A stretch of 64,000 nt of DNA from Mobula hypostoma. Its lineage: Eukaryota. How positions within the stretch are numbered: the stretch's first letter is position 1; every line of letters begins with the position of its first letter. The notes beneath the pieces are model-generated. The model ran no database searches. It had not been told where the DNA came from and saw only the letters and a list, made by a program, of their open reading frames with translations. A program made the translations under genes and the position numbers. Positions 14,065 to 26,520 of the stretch are shown here, piece after piece. The DNA lies in the NCBI RefSeq assembly GCF_963921235.1, contig NC_086097.1, positions 55,864,001 through 55,928,000 on the forward strand. The letters are read 5' to 3'.

Positions 14065-14899
14065 ATAAAGAAATGATCGAAATTTCACAAGACCTTTTTA
14101 TCTATCATAAAATAAACACTGTACATAACCGAATATTTATATGAATTAGTTGGACAATAAATATTTGAAATGAACAAAAAAAAATCACTTGTAAAAAGCA
14201 CAATTTATGAATCATTTTACCTTACCTACACTTACATTGAAAACACTTACAATACCTAATAAAAAGGAAAGTATATTGTAGAGACTGGTTTCCAGATCAA
14301 AGCCCATCCTTTTTACATAATAAGAAATACTAATTACAAAAGTATCCTGTACATAAAAAATCGATAAAATTTCAGAACTTTCAATGAAAATAGACAAGTA
14401 AAGCGCCTAGCGTCTGTGTAGTTTCTGAAGTTGCAGGTTGGAGTATGTATAACATATATAAATATATATACACACTCTAATTCAGGCATTCCCCCTGTGC
14501 ATCATTTACTACAAGGATTTGTTTACCTCTCGTTTTAAAATTTATAAACAGACAGCTTATATTTGTGCCTCTAAAATGGAAAACAAAAATGAAAATAAAG
14601 ACCTGGTACAGTGCAAATTTTCGCCACTCCAATATAACAGACTGGCTGCAAGCTATAAAAGACATTCTCACCCTTATGTATATGATGGGGCAATGGGGCT
14701 GGGGTATAGCGGGTATGGAAAGGTGCAGAGGGAAGAAGGAGTGAGATTACCTGAACAGACATTATTTGGTAAACTAATGGACCCCAATGGCTGACTCGAA
14801 GTCGCGCAGTTTTGTACACACTCATTGTAAGTGCTATCAAGCTGCATGATTTCTATTTTATCGGATATTGATTAAGATTGAACCGTGGAAGACAAATCA

Positions 14900-15663
14900 A
14901 AATTGTGCTAGAATGACTTTAATGTAGCCATAGGAATCTGTCGACTCCAGTATGGTTAATGTTTATGCATATATAACATCACTCTATTAACATATGCAAA
15001 CAATAGAGCTAATTTCTGAATACCTGATCCACAACAGGATCAATACAACTGATCATATTTTAAGATATTGGCAAGGGTGTGACAGAGCTTTAGCGTCCAT
15101 GTGAAGTTTGTAGTCAGATTTACGAAGTCGCAGTTCAGTTTATGTTTGAAGGCGCTCGTTTCAAACAATGGCGGGTATTTTTTTTCCCCCAGCAGTATTT
15201 GGCTCCATTTTAGAACATCAGAACCATCACCATCACCCCAAAACCAGCCCGCCTCTCTTGTTCAACAGCATGAAGCGGTTCACAGACTTGCATACAGTAC
15301 AGCAGATCATACTTGTTTTGAGTCTAACACAAATAAAAACACAGATGTACCACTGATATAAGACGCACACTGATTGTCTCTCAGGACTACATATGGACCC
15401 CTAATAAACATTTTTTTTAAATAAAGTAGTGCATCTGTGACAACCAATCGCACAATTCACACAGCCCTGATGGTCCTTTATGCTTTTAAAAGCCAACTTT
15501 AAAAATGGCTAACACTGGAACGATCACAAATATTGTCCTGTCCATTCCAAAGTGTTAAACCTCCAGAGTTGGCTACAAGAACTGGAATGATGACGTTTCT
15601 CACTCTCCATTCCGAAGATCTAACATGGGAATGACTTGTTCAGTTTCAAACAGTCCCAGCACT
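14900..15663 (-). other. otx2: Otx2 3'UTR up to the proximal poly(A) site
   Basis: Follows the stop codon. ATTAAA (minus strand) at 14918-14923 is followed by ...TTCTAGCACAA, which resembles the mammalian OTX2 mRNA end as recalled. Confidence 0.65.
14918..14923 (-). terminator. Proximal polyadenylation signal ATTAAA
   Basis: Plus-strand tttaat at 14918-14923. Its context matches the recalled OTX2 mRNA terminus. Confidence 0.6.
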
Positions 15664-16287
15664 TCACAAAACTTGAAACTTCCACGAGGACGTTTGATCT
15701 TTGTAATCCAAGCAGTCAGCGTTGAAATTGAGTTTCCATGATGCTGTCTGGTCTTTATAATCCAAGCAATCGGTGGAATTAAAACCTAATCCGCCGGTTG
15801 GGTAGCCTTGGGCAGAGAGGGAGGCCGGAGACTGGTTGAGATGGCTCGCAGTGACTGCGTTTGTGCCCATCGGACTGAGCGCTGTCCCTGGGGCGGGGAG
15901 CTGGTGGTGCATCGGGGCCAGGTATGAGCCGCAGTCCATTCCCCCAAAGTAGGACGTGGATCCAGCGTATCCCTGCGTATAACCCGAGGCCTGGGTATAG
16001 GTCATGGGATAGGAACGCTGCATGCAGGACGAGGACGTGGAGAGGCAATCTGGGGCGATCGGAGATATGGACGCTGGGCTCCAAATTGACACCGGGGCGG
16101 TGCTGCTCGATATGGCCGTTACCGAGGTGCTGGAGGGCGGCGTGAATTGGCCGCTGGCCACGCTCTCCGAGCCCAGCTCCCGAGCAGGAGAGTTCTTCTT
16201 CTTCGTTGGCCTAACTTTATGCTGCCCTCCGTTCTGCTGCTGTTGCTGTTGTTGGCGGCACTTCGCTCGACGGTTTTTGAACCATAC
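15664..16287 (-). CDS. otx2: Otx2 coding exon 3 (624 nt including TGA): VWFKNRRAK (K50), Q7 tract, SIWSPA motif, two [12 protein letters not shown] OTX tail repeats ending WKFQVL
   Basis: Acceptor TTTTTAAG ends at 16288 and the stop is at 15664-15666. 97+152+624 = 873 nt = 290 aa + stop. It lacks the His/Ala-rich insertions of Otx1, and the C-terminus is Otx2-type. Confidence 0.97.
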   Translation of the reverse strand, partial: VWFKNRRAKCRQQQQQQQNGGQHKVRPTKKKNSPARELGSESVASGQFTPPSSTSVTAISSSTAPVSIWSPASISPIAPDCLSTSSSCMQRSYPMTYTQASGYTQGYAGSTSYFGGMDCGSYLAPMHHQLPAPGTALSPMGTNAVTASHLNQSPASLSAQGYPTGGLGFNSTDCLDYKDQTASWKLNFNADCLDYKDQTSSWKFQVL

Positions 16288-16858
16288 CTTAAAAACAAGA
16301 AAATACGTTCAATCGTAACAAATATAAAATAATGGAGTAACGTGGGATAAAGATTTCATATGCGGGCGGTATTTAACAAATATATTCTATTAAACGTTTC
16401 CCTGTTTGTGGCTGCACTAGGTATTCGGCGTTGAAGTAATTGGTTTTCTTCATTTGGTAAACAAATTTTTCTTGTCAATATTATTCAGGATGGAAATCCA
16501 CAAGGAGGCTTTTTTTTCTCTCTTGGATCTCTTACAACACATTTTTGTTTAACTATTAAACAAGTTCCCTTCTTTACATATCGGGGGAAATGTTCACCCT
16601 TAATGATTTAATTTGCAGGTTGAAATCTAGCGATATGACATTCAGCTTTCAAAATGATCTCGCCGAGTTTACGGCCGATCATCATCAGTCCGTTTCAGAG
16701 AAGTGCAGACCAAGATCCCAGCAGGCGGTTCGCTGTGAGCTACGACTAGTCTCCGGCACAGCCCCTGACCCTGCTTTAGTCTGGTCCCACTTGGAATTCC
16801 CTTCCCAACGAAACCGATTCGCATCGGTACAGGAGCACTGTTGCTGCCTAATGCTCAC

Positions 16859-17010
16859 CTGCACTCTAGATTCGGGCAAGTTGATTTTCAGGGCCACCTC
16901 TTCCCTCATGAAGATATCCGGATAGCGAGTCTTGGCGAAAAGCGCCTCCAAGACATCCAGCTGCGCCCTTGTAAATGTGGTTCTCTCTCGCCGCTGCTTC
17001 CGCGGAGTAG
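16859..17010 (-). CDS. otx2: Otx2 coding exon 2 (152 nt; homeodomain N-terminal part [50 protein letters not shown])
   Basis: Acceptor TTTTTTAAG ends at 17011 and donor GTGAGC begins at 16858. The frame is continuous with exon 1 (T+CT = Ser). Paired-class homeodomain sequence. Confidence 0.97.
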
Positions 17011-17435
17011 CTTAAAAAATAAAAACAAGCCAAACCTTCTAGTACTGGGAGCTTCACAGTAAGCTCAGGGGACGATCTGTGCCACCCGCCCCCACGCTCG
17101 ATAAGCAAAACGCTTTTACTTCAATTCTTGTCTACAACTAACGCCATTCTCGCTTTTAATGTTTGCCGCTGCAGGAAGGAGCCGGCCAGTTAGTACGCGG
17201 GAAAATTTCAAAATGGCAGAGTAATCTCGTACCAAGTTTTTTTTTGCTGTGACGAAACTTCGTTTTCAAGAAAATGTGATGTGCGAATGTGTCTGCTCCC
17301 AAATAAATCTCAGTTAAACAACATGCCGATATAACTTTACTGAAAGTCGCCAATTTTGTTCGACGTTCTATGTCAAGACGAAATCCTGCCAAATCTTTAA
17401 ATTTGTTTTCACGGATTGAAGCTAAAAGTTAATCA

Positions 17436-17642
<207 letters not shown>

Positions 17643-17849
17643 CTACATACAGAGTGAAAAAGCGTGGTAAGAGGACGGATCCAGAAGAGCTGTTGTATCT
17701 CTGATTACTCAAAGTATCTGATCCCTCTATAGATCCCAGCCTGTCCCTTTAAAGCATCCGGGGACCCCCAGCTGCCTCTTGAACTAAGGGATGCTGACCG
17801 GATAAATATGTCCCAAAAACGTGCTACACCCATTCTTCTAGCACGCCTT

Positions 17850-17850
<1 letters not shown>

Positions 17851-17893
<43 letters not shown>

Positions 17894-17930
17894 ACTCACA
17901 AACACACACACTCACTCTCACACACACACA
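17851..17930. repeat. (CA)n microsatellite, partly interrupted
   Basis: Directly visible. Confidence 0.95.
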
Positions 17931-17939
17931 AATTCAAAT

Positions 17940-18080
17940 GTAAACATCACATTGTTAGAATTCAATTTGCATAGATCCATTAGTTAGAATCAATCCGTTA
18001 TTACGCTAATTGACTCAAACAAAAAAAACTTGATTGGGACCTTTTGCAAAGACAATGCGTTTGCAGGCGGGAGGGGGTCG
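17940..18080 (-). promoter_or_regulatory. Candidate proximal Otx2 promoter
   Basis: CCAAT box on the minus strand (tgattggg 18031-18038), a GC-box-like ggcgggagggg, and TAAT motifs about 0.4-0.5 kb upstream of the ATG. Confidence 0.4.
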
Positions 18081-19079
18081 GTGGAAAAGAGAAAGAGTAA
18101 AATCGGCATACTGTAGGTAACAATGGGGAGAGAAAAACAAAGGCACAATGCGAAAAACGATACTGTGCATAATTTACAGCTCGAACACAGATGAAGTTTG
18201 TAGTTTTATATTACACGTTTTATAAATGAGCGTTGAGATTGTTTCTGAACAGGAAGAGACTCATTCACCTTTAAGCAAAAGTACAACATTTCACGAGCTC
18301 TATCGAATAGGTGACTCCGGTTATCTATATTTTGAGATAAAGAATACGGTACCCCGTGCCTGTTGAAACTACGTGCGCCAGAGCCAATAGGACTATGCAA
18401 ACAAGGAAATAATTCACACGTCAGGGAAAAAAACACTGAGAAGGCAAACCATTTGCGCCTAATTGTATTGCTGCTAAATGTAAAATCCAACATTATTTAA
18501 TAAAGAGCTTAGAGTGTAGATTACACAAACAAGAGCCAGTTTCCCTTGTTGATTGTACAACTTTGCACATTATCGTTGCACATTGTTTAGCCGCGGAAGT
18601 CACATATTGTCACCTGATTACACGCCCAAGGAACAACAGATAACCCCCGCGTGGAAACAAAATTGAAAATATTTTACTGGGTTTAAAATAAAGCGATTGC
18701 GTAATATTTGTGATCTACATCTCACTTTACATGACACTGTTTAACAGGAGTGTGCACACCTTCAAAATGGCGGAAGTTGGTTTGCAATGACAAACTTTGG
18801 TCAATATGAAACGGTCAACTTTAAAATATGACCTGTTAAACGTAACAAAAATAAATGAAGGTTAAAAAAGAAATAAATCACTGGTCTATCTCTCCTTTAA
18901 AAGCTACATGGCGCCGCAATTAATGACTGAACATCCCCTACGCGCGTCGCATTTCACAAGGCATCCTTGTCTCAGTCAACATTTCTGGCCGCTATCTTGA
19001 ACTATTCACTGATTCCTACTCTCAAACAAAGATAAACACGCGTTAAACTACTTCACCAATTTCAAGTGTAAGTTCTTAC

Positions 19080-19240
19080 CTAAAATAAACTTTACTCCAA
19101 CAAGCAATAGGGTAAAATTGCAAGTTGCGCCTCCCTTCTCCAGTCAGTCGCCCTGACTCTACCTGCCAGACTGACGCTAAAGGGAAATCGGTTCTCCTGG
19201 CGGCTCATCGGGAAGCGCGGCCAGTTTTATAGAGAGCTGC
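19080..19240 (-). promoter_or_regulatory. Candidate intermediate TATA promoter plus a short non-coding first exon
   Basis: TATAAAA (minus) at 19225-19231 in a CpG-rich patch, and a strong donor TAG|GTAAGA at 19080/19079 about 150 nt downstream. Confidence 0.55.
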
Positions 19241-21779
19241 CCGAATCTGTCGGCTTCCCAACACAATCTGTCACTTTTTGCAAGAATCCTATCTACCAGT
19301 TGCTCGGCATTCGGTCGATCGTAATTACCCGCCGAGCATGCGGCCCAGAATTAATTATAATAAATGTTTTCTTGATAAATTAACGAGATTATCCGGGTGG
19401 CACACGTTCTTTAATTACAGGACGCTGCAAAAACTGGGATGGTGAAGAACGCTTTCTCTCGCCATCCCTGCTGCAATGGTTCTGATTAATTTTATGCTTG
19501 ATGGAAATGAAACAAAGCTATAGAGTCGAACAGTGTTTATTAAAAGAAACATCATTAACCTCGTATAGGGTTTGGCCTTGTAACTTCCAGACTCGTGGGA
19601 CTTCTCCAAACAACGGGCACACACTTTAGTATTTAGCTTTATTTGCAACATGCAAAGGTTGCTGCTCAACCATACAAAAAAAGTTCAATTAGAAGTATGA
19701 CGGGTAAGTTGCTTATCTTATGTCACATCTGACTATTCCTCTCACTGCCGCCTGTTAAATACAAATCGAAATTGTTGATATATTATTACCGCTGATGCCA
19801 ATTGTTCTTAAAATTCTTCTTTAAAGTGAGATGCACACGTGCGCTGTCTTTTGCCTGCACGTGTCTGTGAGTTTGTGAGCTTTGTCTGAGAGCGGTGCAG
19901 TTCGTTCGAATTTAATTTTTCAGCAGCCAAGATGAGTGACTCGAAAGTGCTATGAAGGTGCCTCGTAAATCACAGTACAGTATTCACACACTTGGGCTGA
20001 ACCATGTCTTGTTGAACTCGTGTTTTATTTATACCAGGAAGCCGATACTAATTTTACAGACTTCCAAAAAATGTTTGCACTTGTTAATTTCAAGCGTATT
20101 TTCAGAATATGTTTGTGATAAAGGTATGGAATACTATGTTTACGTTGTTTATTATTTGGTCTAAAATGTGATACAACTACTTAAACAGTAATATCTAGTC
20201 AAATAACTATGGAGAATTGCTTAAAACTTCTTAACACAAAGTAAATTCGAATAAAATAGAGATTGGGGATATGTTAATTTTTAAAAATGCAGTATATTGT
20301 TTTTAAATTCAGATTCTTAGTCCGAACCACACAAGTAGCCACGCCGAATAGTTATCTGGCTTGAACTTTGTAGCGAATGCTCGTTTTTTAAAAATTCAAA
20401 TTCTTCATTTTAATCCAATAAAATATTCCATTCGAATTAATTCTTAGTCTCGTTAAATGGGGAAACATTTATGGACAACATTTTTGTAAATATTCATGGG
20501 ATTAGTAAAAAGGACAAGGTCGATTAAACTTTTTTTTGCAACGTTCAAACGGCTCCATAACTAAGGCGAGCGAAGAAGCTTGTGCATTTTGTATACGTGC
20601 TGAACTTTCTGTACTGATTGGTTAGAAAATCTAATCTTGAGGCCCTGTTACTTCTTAAATTATCTTTAAGTCTGAACACATTTTGTTTGAATATATTCTG
20701 ACTTGTAAAAAAATATCGTTTCGAAGTGGAGTAGAAAATAGCCTGGTTTCTGTCCAGCAAAGACCCTTCTCTGTGGACTATTGCACTGTCCCTCTACCAG
20801 AAAAGCTGTTGGTCAATAATTGGGAAGCGATCGATTTCATTCCAGTTTATTTGAACTGATAAATCTTTGACAATAAACATCTGCAAGCCAGTGCTGCCCA
20901 GATGAGGATGTGATTGCAAGGACTGATCAGCGACATGAAGGGGGTGGGGTGAGGGGAAGCTAGAGAAATCCACGCCTCCTCAATTATCCCTATGTTTGAA
21001 CATTCATTGGGAAGGGGAAATTTACTGGGATTTAACAGCAAGCCTAACACAGGCGAAAATGAAAGAGATTTGGCTCAATCACACAAGAATGGAGAAACCG
21101 ATAATTGCAACATATTTATATCCGAGCCTTATCAAGCCTTCAGACAACTCGAAAAGCGGCGAAAGATTTACCTAACTTGAATGTGCTCAGCTACGAATTC
21201 TGTCAGCCGCCCCCAGCAGTACCGCCAACAACACATCTTCCCACACACACACAACACTCCCCCCCCAACTAAAAACATAACAGCAAACAAACATCAAAAT
21301 TGCAGATTAGTTACAATCACTTTGGATGGAAAAGGAAACGGAAGACTTATCAAGATTTGGAATCAGCGAGAAGTATTCTCATGCACGCTTGACAATATCA
21401 AACGGTTTTCATCCCAGGGCGGGTATACTTGCAGTTTTTTCTCCCTTCCGTAAAACGTTTTGCGCAATACCTGGCACCAAATCTCCATTTCGGTAGAAAA
21501 TTATTGTCCTCGGTTTTGAGTCAACAAGGAAGCACAGTTTGTCAAAAAGTCACCTGTTTTATGGGGCTCAGGTCGATGCAAAACACCCCAAAATTCAGGC
21601 GTCCACGTTCCTGGCGGCCTTTGTCCCTGAAAACAAAAATAAAAGACATATGTTAGAAGTCTTCAGATTAACGATTCATAAAATATTTTCGCATGAAATT
21701 GATTCAATAACAGCTACGATAATATTTAGATTTTAAGATTAAGCTGGACCTGTTTAAAGGCGGTGTGTGTTGTTTGAGA

Positions 21780-21960
21780 ATGGAAAATGGTTGAGATTGC
21801 TGAGTTGTACTGGTCTCTCTCTCTCTCTCCTTCTCTGAGACTTGCTGAGAAAGCGCCTCTCTGGTAACTTTTTGACGCAAACTCCGCAGCCAATGGCAAA
21901 GAGAGAATGATTGACACATCTCAGCAGAACCAGGGAGAAAATAACACGCAGCAGGAAGAG
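21780..21960 (-). promoter_or_regulatory. Candidate distal Otx2 promoter / first exon
   Basis: Minus strand TTGCGTCAAAAAGTTACCAGAGAGGCGCTTTCTCAGCAAG (21841-21880) resembles the mammalian distal OTX2 TSS region as recalled. Adjacent CCAAT; about 4.3 kb from the ATG. Confidence 0.55.
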
Positions 21961-24900
21961 AGAAGCCCTACTCCAAGAGGGAAAACAGGGAGAAGTAACC
22001 CAAAGCAAGAATGTTAAAAAAAAATCAAGCAATGGGAACGACCATCCCAGGCGAAAGAAAGTAATAAAGATTACACACTGAACTTATGCGCATTAGCCAG
22101 CCAGTCAGAATAACATGTAAAAAAACACAATAATCGTAAATAGTGTAAGATTAAAATAAATATTACTAAAACGGAACAGATTAAAGAAAAAAATCAGGCT
22201 TAATTCACGAAGACAGTCGGAAAACAAGGACAAATTAGAATGTGTGATGGAAAGGGGAAATAAAGCAGGGAAGGGAAGGGGAGGGAAGGAGGGTGAGAGA
22301 GAGAATAATCGTGAGGCATTAACCAACAGAACAGAGGGAGCAATCAGGTTAGTGATTCTGAGCTGAACCTGCAAGGGCAAAGAATCTTGAAAGAATAAAC
22401 CAGAGCTGCATTAGTAACAATAACATGGCGAGAAAAGCATTAAAGTAAAACAATTCAGGATAGCTGGCGCAGAGGGGAAAAAAAATGAATCCGGCTACAA
22501 ATGTCATTGCGTCAGGGAACAACCAGTGATGACCCAGAGTGTGAAGAATTCATATATACACATGGAACACCTCATTGCAAGGTAAGAGAACCACACTTAA
22601 GATTGGCAAAAGAGCGGGTTAACTCCAGAGACAAAGATAACAATGGTGGCGTTTTAGAAAAGTTACGTCGTAGTAAATCAGGTGTTAGGCAAAGTAAGAG
22701 GTAAACACGCTGATACACAGACAGCGTATCTGAAATGACTTTTCAGTAACCTGTGCCCTAACATACAATTTGCGTGTTTTGAAGTAGACAGAAACATTTA
22801 CAAATAAAAGAACAGCAGCTCAAGCACAAATAGAGAACAAATACAAATTTGGATCAAGAATAAATTAGTTCCACTTAATAAAATAATAACAATCTTAAGT
22901 TGATTAACAGCAGTAGGACTGACCATTTCTTATTCTACTATACTGTTATCATATTCCTTTGTATGGTCCCCATTTGCAGAATTCTTGCTTATTAAATAAC
23001 TAAAGTGGGCCCACATATTTCCTGGCGCTAAACAAGATTGGGAAAGAAGGTCCCACGTTTAGAAAATAATCGTTAATAAATACGCTAGATACAAACAGAT
23101 CGAATTTTTGAATGGGGTCAAATATTAATTCTGAATAAAGGCAAAAAGTGTCAGTTATTTAACGCAATTTAAACAAGAGGCAAAGGGATGTCAGAAAGTG
23201 TCATGGGATAGGACATTGAAGAAAATTTTGTCTATTTGGAGGATTTGACCTATCAAAGTGTCGAATTACCCACCTGTGCAAATGGCGTTCCCGCATTCTA
23301 ATGGTGTATCATTAATAATAATTTTTGCATACAAAACGATTCATTTCCGACTCAAAAGGATTCCCTGTAAAACCTCTAACATATTTCCTAACCCACCACG
23401 CGTAATTTCAGGATATTTTGAAGGCTGCGAACAGAATTGATCTCTATACAACTTTTAGGACATTCTAATGTATTGTTTTTCCTTTAAAGGAAAGTTTCTC
23501 CAACAAGCAACTCAGGATATCTCTTTAGCAATAAATAAAAGCGATAACAAATGGATTGAAACTCACACATTCAAAGTTAGGAGCAGAGGATGTTAAAAAG
23601 GCAAGGATGACAAAAGCCACGCATTCAATTACCACCAAACGATATCAAGAATTCTCGCCTCCGATTTTACTTTTACACGCATTATGTTCCCGTGGTAACG
23701 AAATAGTTCCGAAGTCTTTGCAGGAGCAACATCGTCTATTTTTTTAAAATCTATAAAAAGCACAACAGCGCCACACCGGTCAAGATCACTTCAGATGGTC
23801 CGAGCCAATGCAAAAGGCAAACAAAACTTGGCGTATTCACGACTGGAAACTTTGCTAGAGACAAGTTTCGAAGATTTGCCGCTTAAATGCAGAAGGCGTA
23901 AACGCTTACATATAAAGTTCGTATACTGTTCCCAACACGGTGGCACACCAAAATACAAATTACATAACACCGATATGCGCAGAGAAATATTATATGATAG
24001 ACAACTGAAATGCTTAAAATGACAACGGAGGTTGACACACTTTGGTTTGGCACCTCGCTGCATTTTATGAAAGCTGGGAAACAGTTGCGTTCACCAGCAT
24101 TGTTCTATTACTCTCCGGTGTGTTCTACATTTACGAACTTTGTGACCTTTATTTTACAAACGATGTTTTAAGTACTTAGTAGCCACAATGTATCGAATTC
24201 TATTTATTATAGATCTGAATGGCTATTACCTTTTGCCGAATGACTTATAATCCAATTTCACCAAAATCTATCATTCTCTCTGTCGATTCATTCACTTAGC
24301 ATGCCCAATGCCCCCTCTCTTATTAACTGTAAATTCTAACAAAAGCTACAACACGACTGAATCGATTCTGAAATGTTTCTTTGCCTTTCCTGTGTTTTGT
24401 CTGTACCACCACGACCGACAATTATTCTGACAGGGCTCAAAATGTCCCATTCGAAAACACTTTTAAATACCATTGTATATAAATATGTATCTGTGGCTTT
24501 CCACTGTTTAACGTTCCTGCATAATAAATCGCCAGACCTACTCCATGCTGTGTATTAGAGTGCGACGGATCACTTTGAAATTGTTTCCATTTGCAGATGA
24601 TTTTTAACTAAAAATTCAAAAGTCACCGTTTGATAGATAATTTAAGGATAGCTTTTATTTGAAATACATTTTTGTATTGCTTTAATTTATTGGAACGGAA
24701 TCAAATCTTTATAAAGGTTCCTACGTCGGCAAAACCTTGTGTGCATATTTACCCTTGTAGAACGGTGAAATTAATCATCAAAAGTCTTTGTTCTTTTTTT
24801 TTAACTTTCACGAACTTTTTATAAACTTAAATCTTTAACCGTTAAATTAGAATATAAATATACTAATTCTTAAAAGTGTGTTTATTCATATTAGTATAGG

Positions 24901-25939
24901 CAACTGGAATGTTTAAATTATAAAATAAAGGTTTTACGAACTGGTGTCCAGGAATAGTTGCAGATACGGCTTTGGAAGAATTAAATCATAGTATTGAGCT
25001 ACGTATTGTATCAGAAAGAGTTTTAAAGGAAAACAAAGTCTTGCATTGATATAGCGCCTTACTGGACTTCTCGAAGTGGTTTACTGTTAAAGTACTTTGG
25101 AAGTATCTTCACTGCCATAATGCAGATTGCATCTTCTACAGAAAACTGATTCTACTTTCGGCGAGCCTTTAAGCGTTGTATTTGTGAAAACAGAAAGGTT
25201 CCAATGCCAGTGACATTGGTGCCGATGTTCAATTTCCTAAGTAATGGATCTGATTGACTGCTTAAGTTAACTTTCTTAGCCTGTTGACAAAATGCAATGA
25301 ATTAAAATAGGAAGAAATATTTAAACCTGGATCCTATGCAATTGAAACGTTTTAAGACCATCATTTTAAAATAATCACATTGACACTGTTTATACGTGTT
25401 AAAACGAAACCTTACAAAGTACTGACCGTGTGTATCTATTGAAAATTATACATCTACCAGACAGTATTTATTCCGACTAGATTTTATGTCGCTACGACAT
25501 ATTGTATTTGCTAGCATTTTTTATATAGCCATAGGAATGCAGATCAGTTTGATATATTTGACAAGAAATGTCACAAACTAGCAAGTATAGAATGAAAAGA
25601 TGTCGTTTTACCCGGTGCTTTACACCCAGTCAATTGTCATCAATTGCAGTTCAGTTGATGATTTACTCTTACAGATGTTAATCTTCTGCCCCACATTAAA
25701 TAAAATTGATAGTTCAGTCCTTAAGTAGATCCGATCACATTTGCCGGCACCTGTTATTTCGTGGTCCAGATGTACTCTTTAGACAGACTGCACTTTGCGA
25801 ACTGAAGAAAAGTAGGAGGAGTCGTATAAATCAATGAAAATCTGGATAGTTTTACGTCTAAATCGGCTATCATCTCACCGGCGGTCAAAATAAGAACTCA
25901 AGGACCGTAAAGTCATCGAACGCCGTTCGATCAGAAGCA

Positions 25940-26520
25940 TTAAAACGGATTAAATCAGGATCATTTTTTTCCTCCGGTAATAGAACGGGTATTTTTCTTA
26001 GTTAATTAGTCCAAGTATCAGACGCCATTTAATTAGCAGAGACAAAAAAAAATCCTCCCACCTCACCTGGAGCAAAAAGAAGGAAGTCCCCAGCTGTAAG
26101 AATGATTCCCAAAATTTCACAGGAATATTTCGGAAAAAAATGTATCAGTCTTCAAGGAAAGTAAATGGGAAAAATACAGTCTTGTAAAGCATTACCACAC
26201 AAAATACGAGAGGTAGGTAGGGACTCGGGGGCATCAGCTGCCAGAACGCATTTTTCATTGCTTTAATCGGGATAAAGTTGTGTTCTGAACAGCGCGGCGC
26301 TGCAATCAGCCTCTGACACAGCTCTGGAGCAGATGCCTGCTTTCCAAATTATACAGTTTAATCCCTTCACAGCAGCGGGCTGCCAACACAAAAAAGGAAC
26401 GAAACACCAGCTCAGTGGAAAAATAGCAATCTAAAGCAGATCCAAGTGTGAGTGAGTGTGTGCGTGTAAGAGAGAGGCTGAGTGCGCGCGACTACTCCAC
26501 ACTAGTGTTTTCAGTTGCCT
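25940..26520. promoter_or_regulatory. Candidate upstream enhancer with Otx-type sites
   Basis: GGATTA 25947-25952, TAATCC 26359-26364, TTAATTAG motifs and a CpG-rich core. Confidence 0.35.

Noticed and set aside
15924..16925. Plus-strand ORFs overlapping Otx2 exons
   Set aside because: These are reverse-frame by-products of GC-rich coding sequence.
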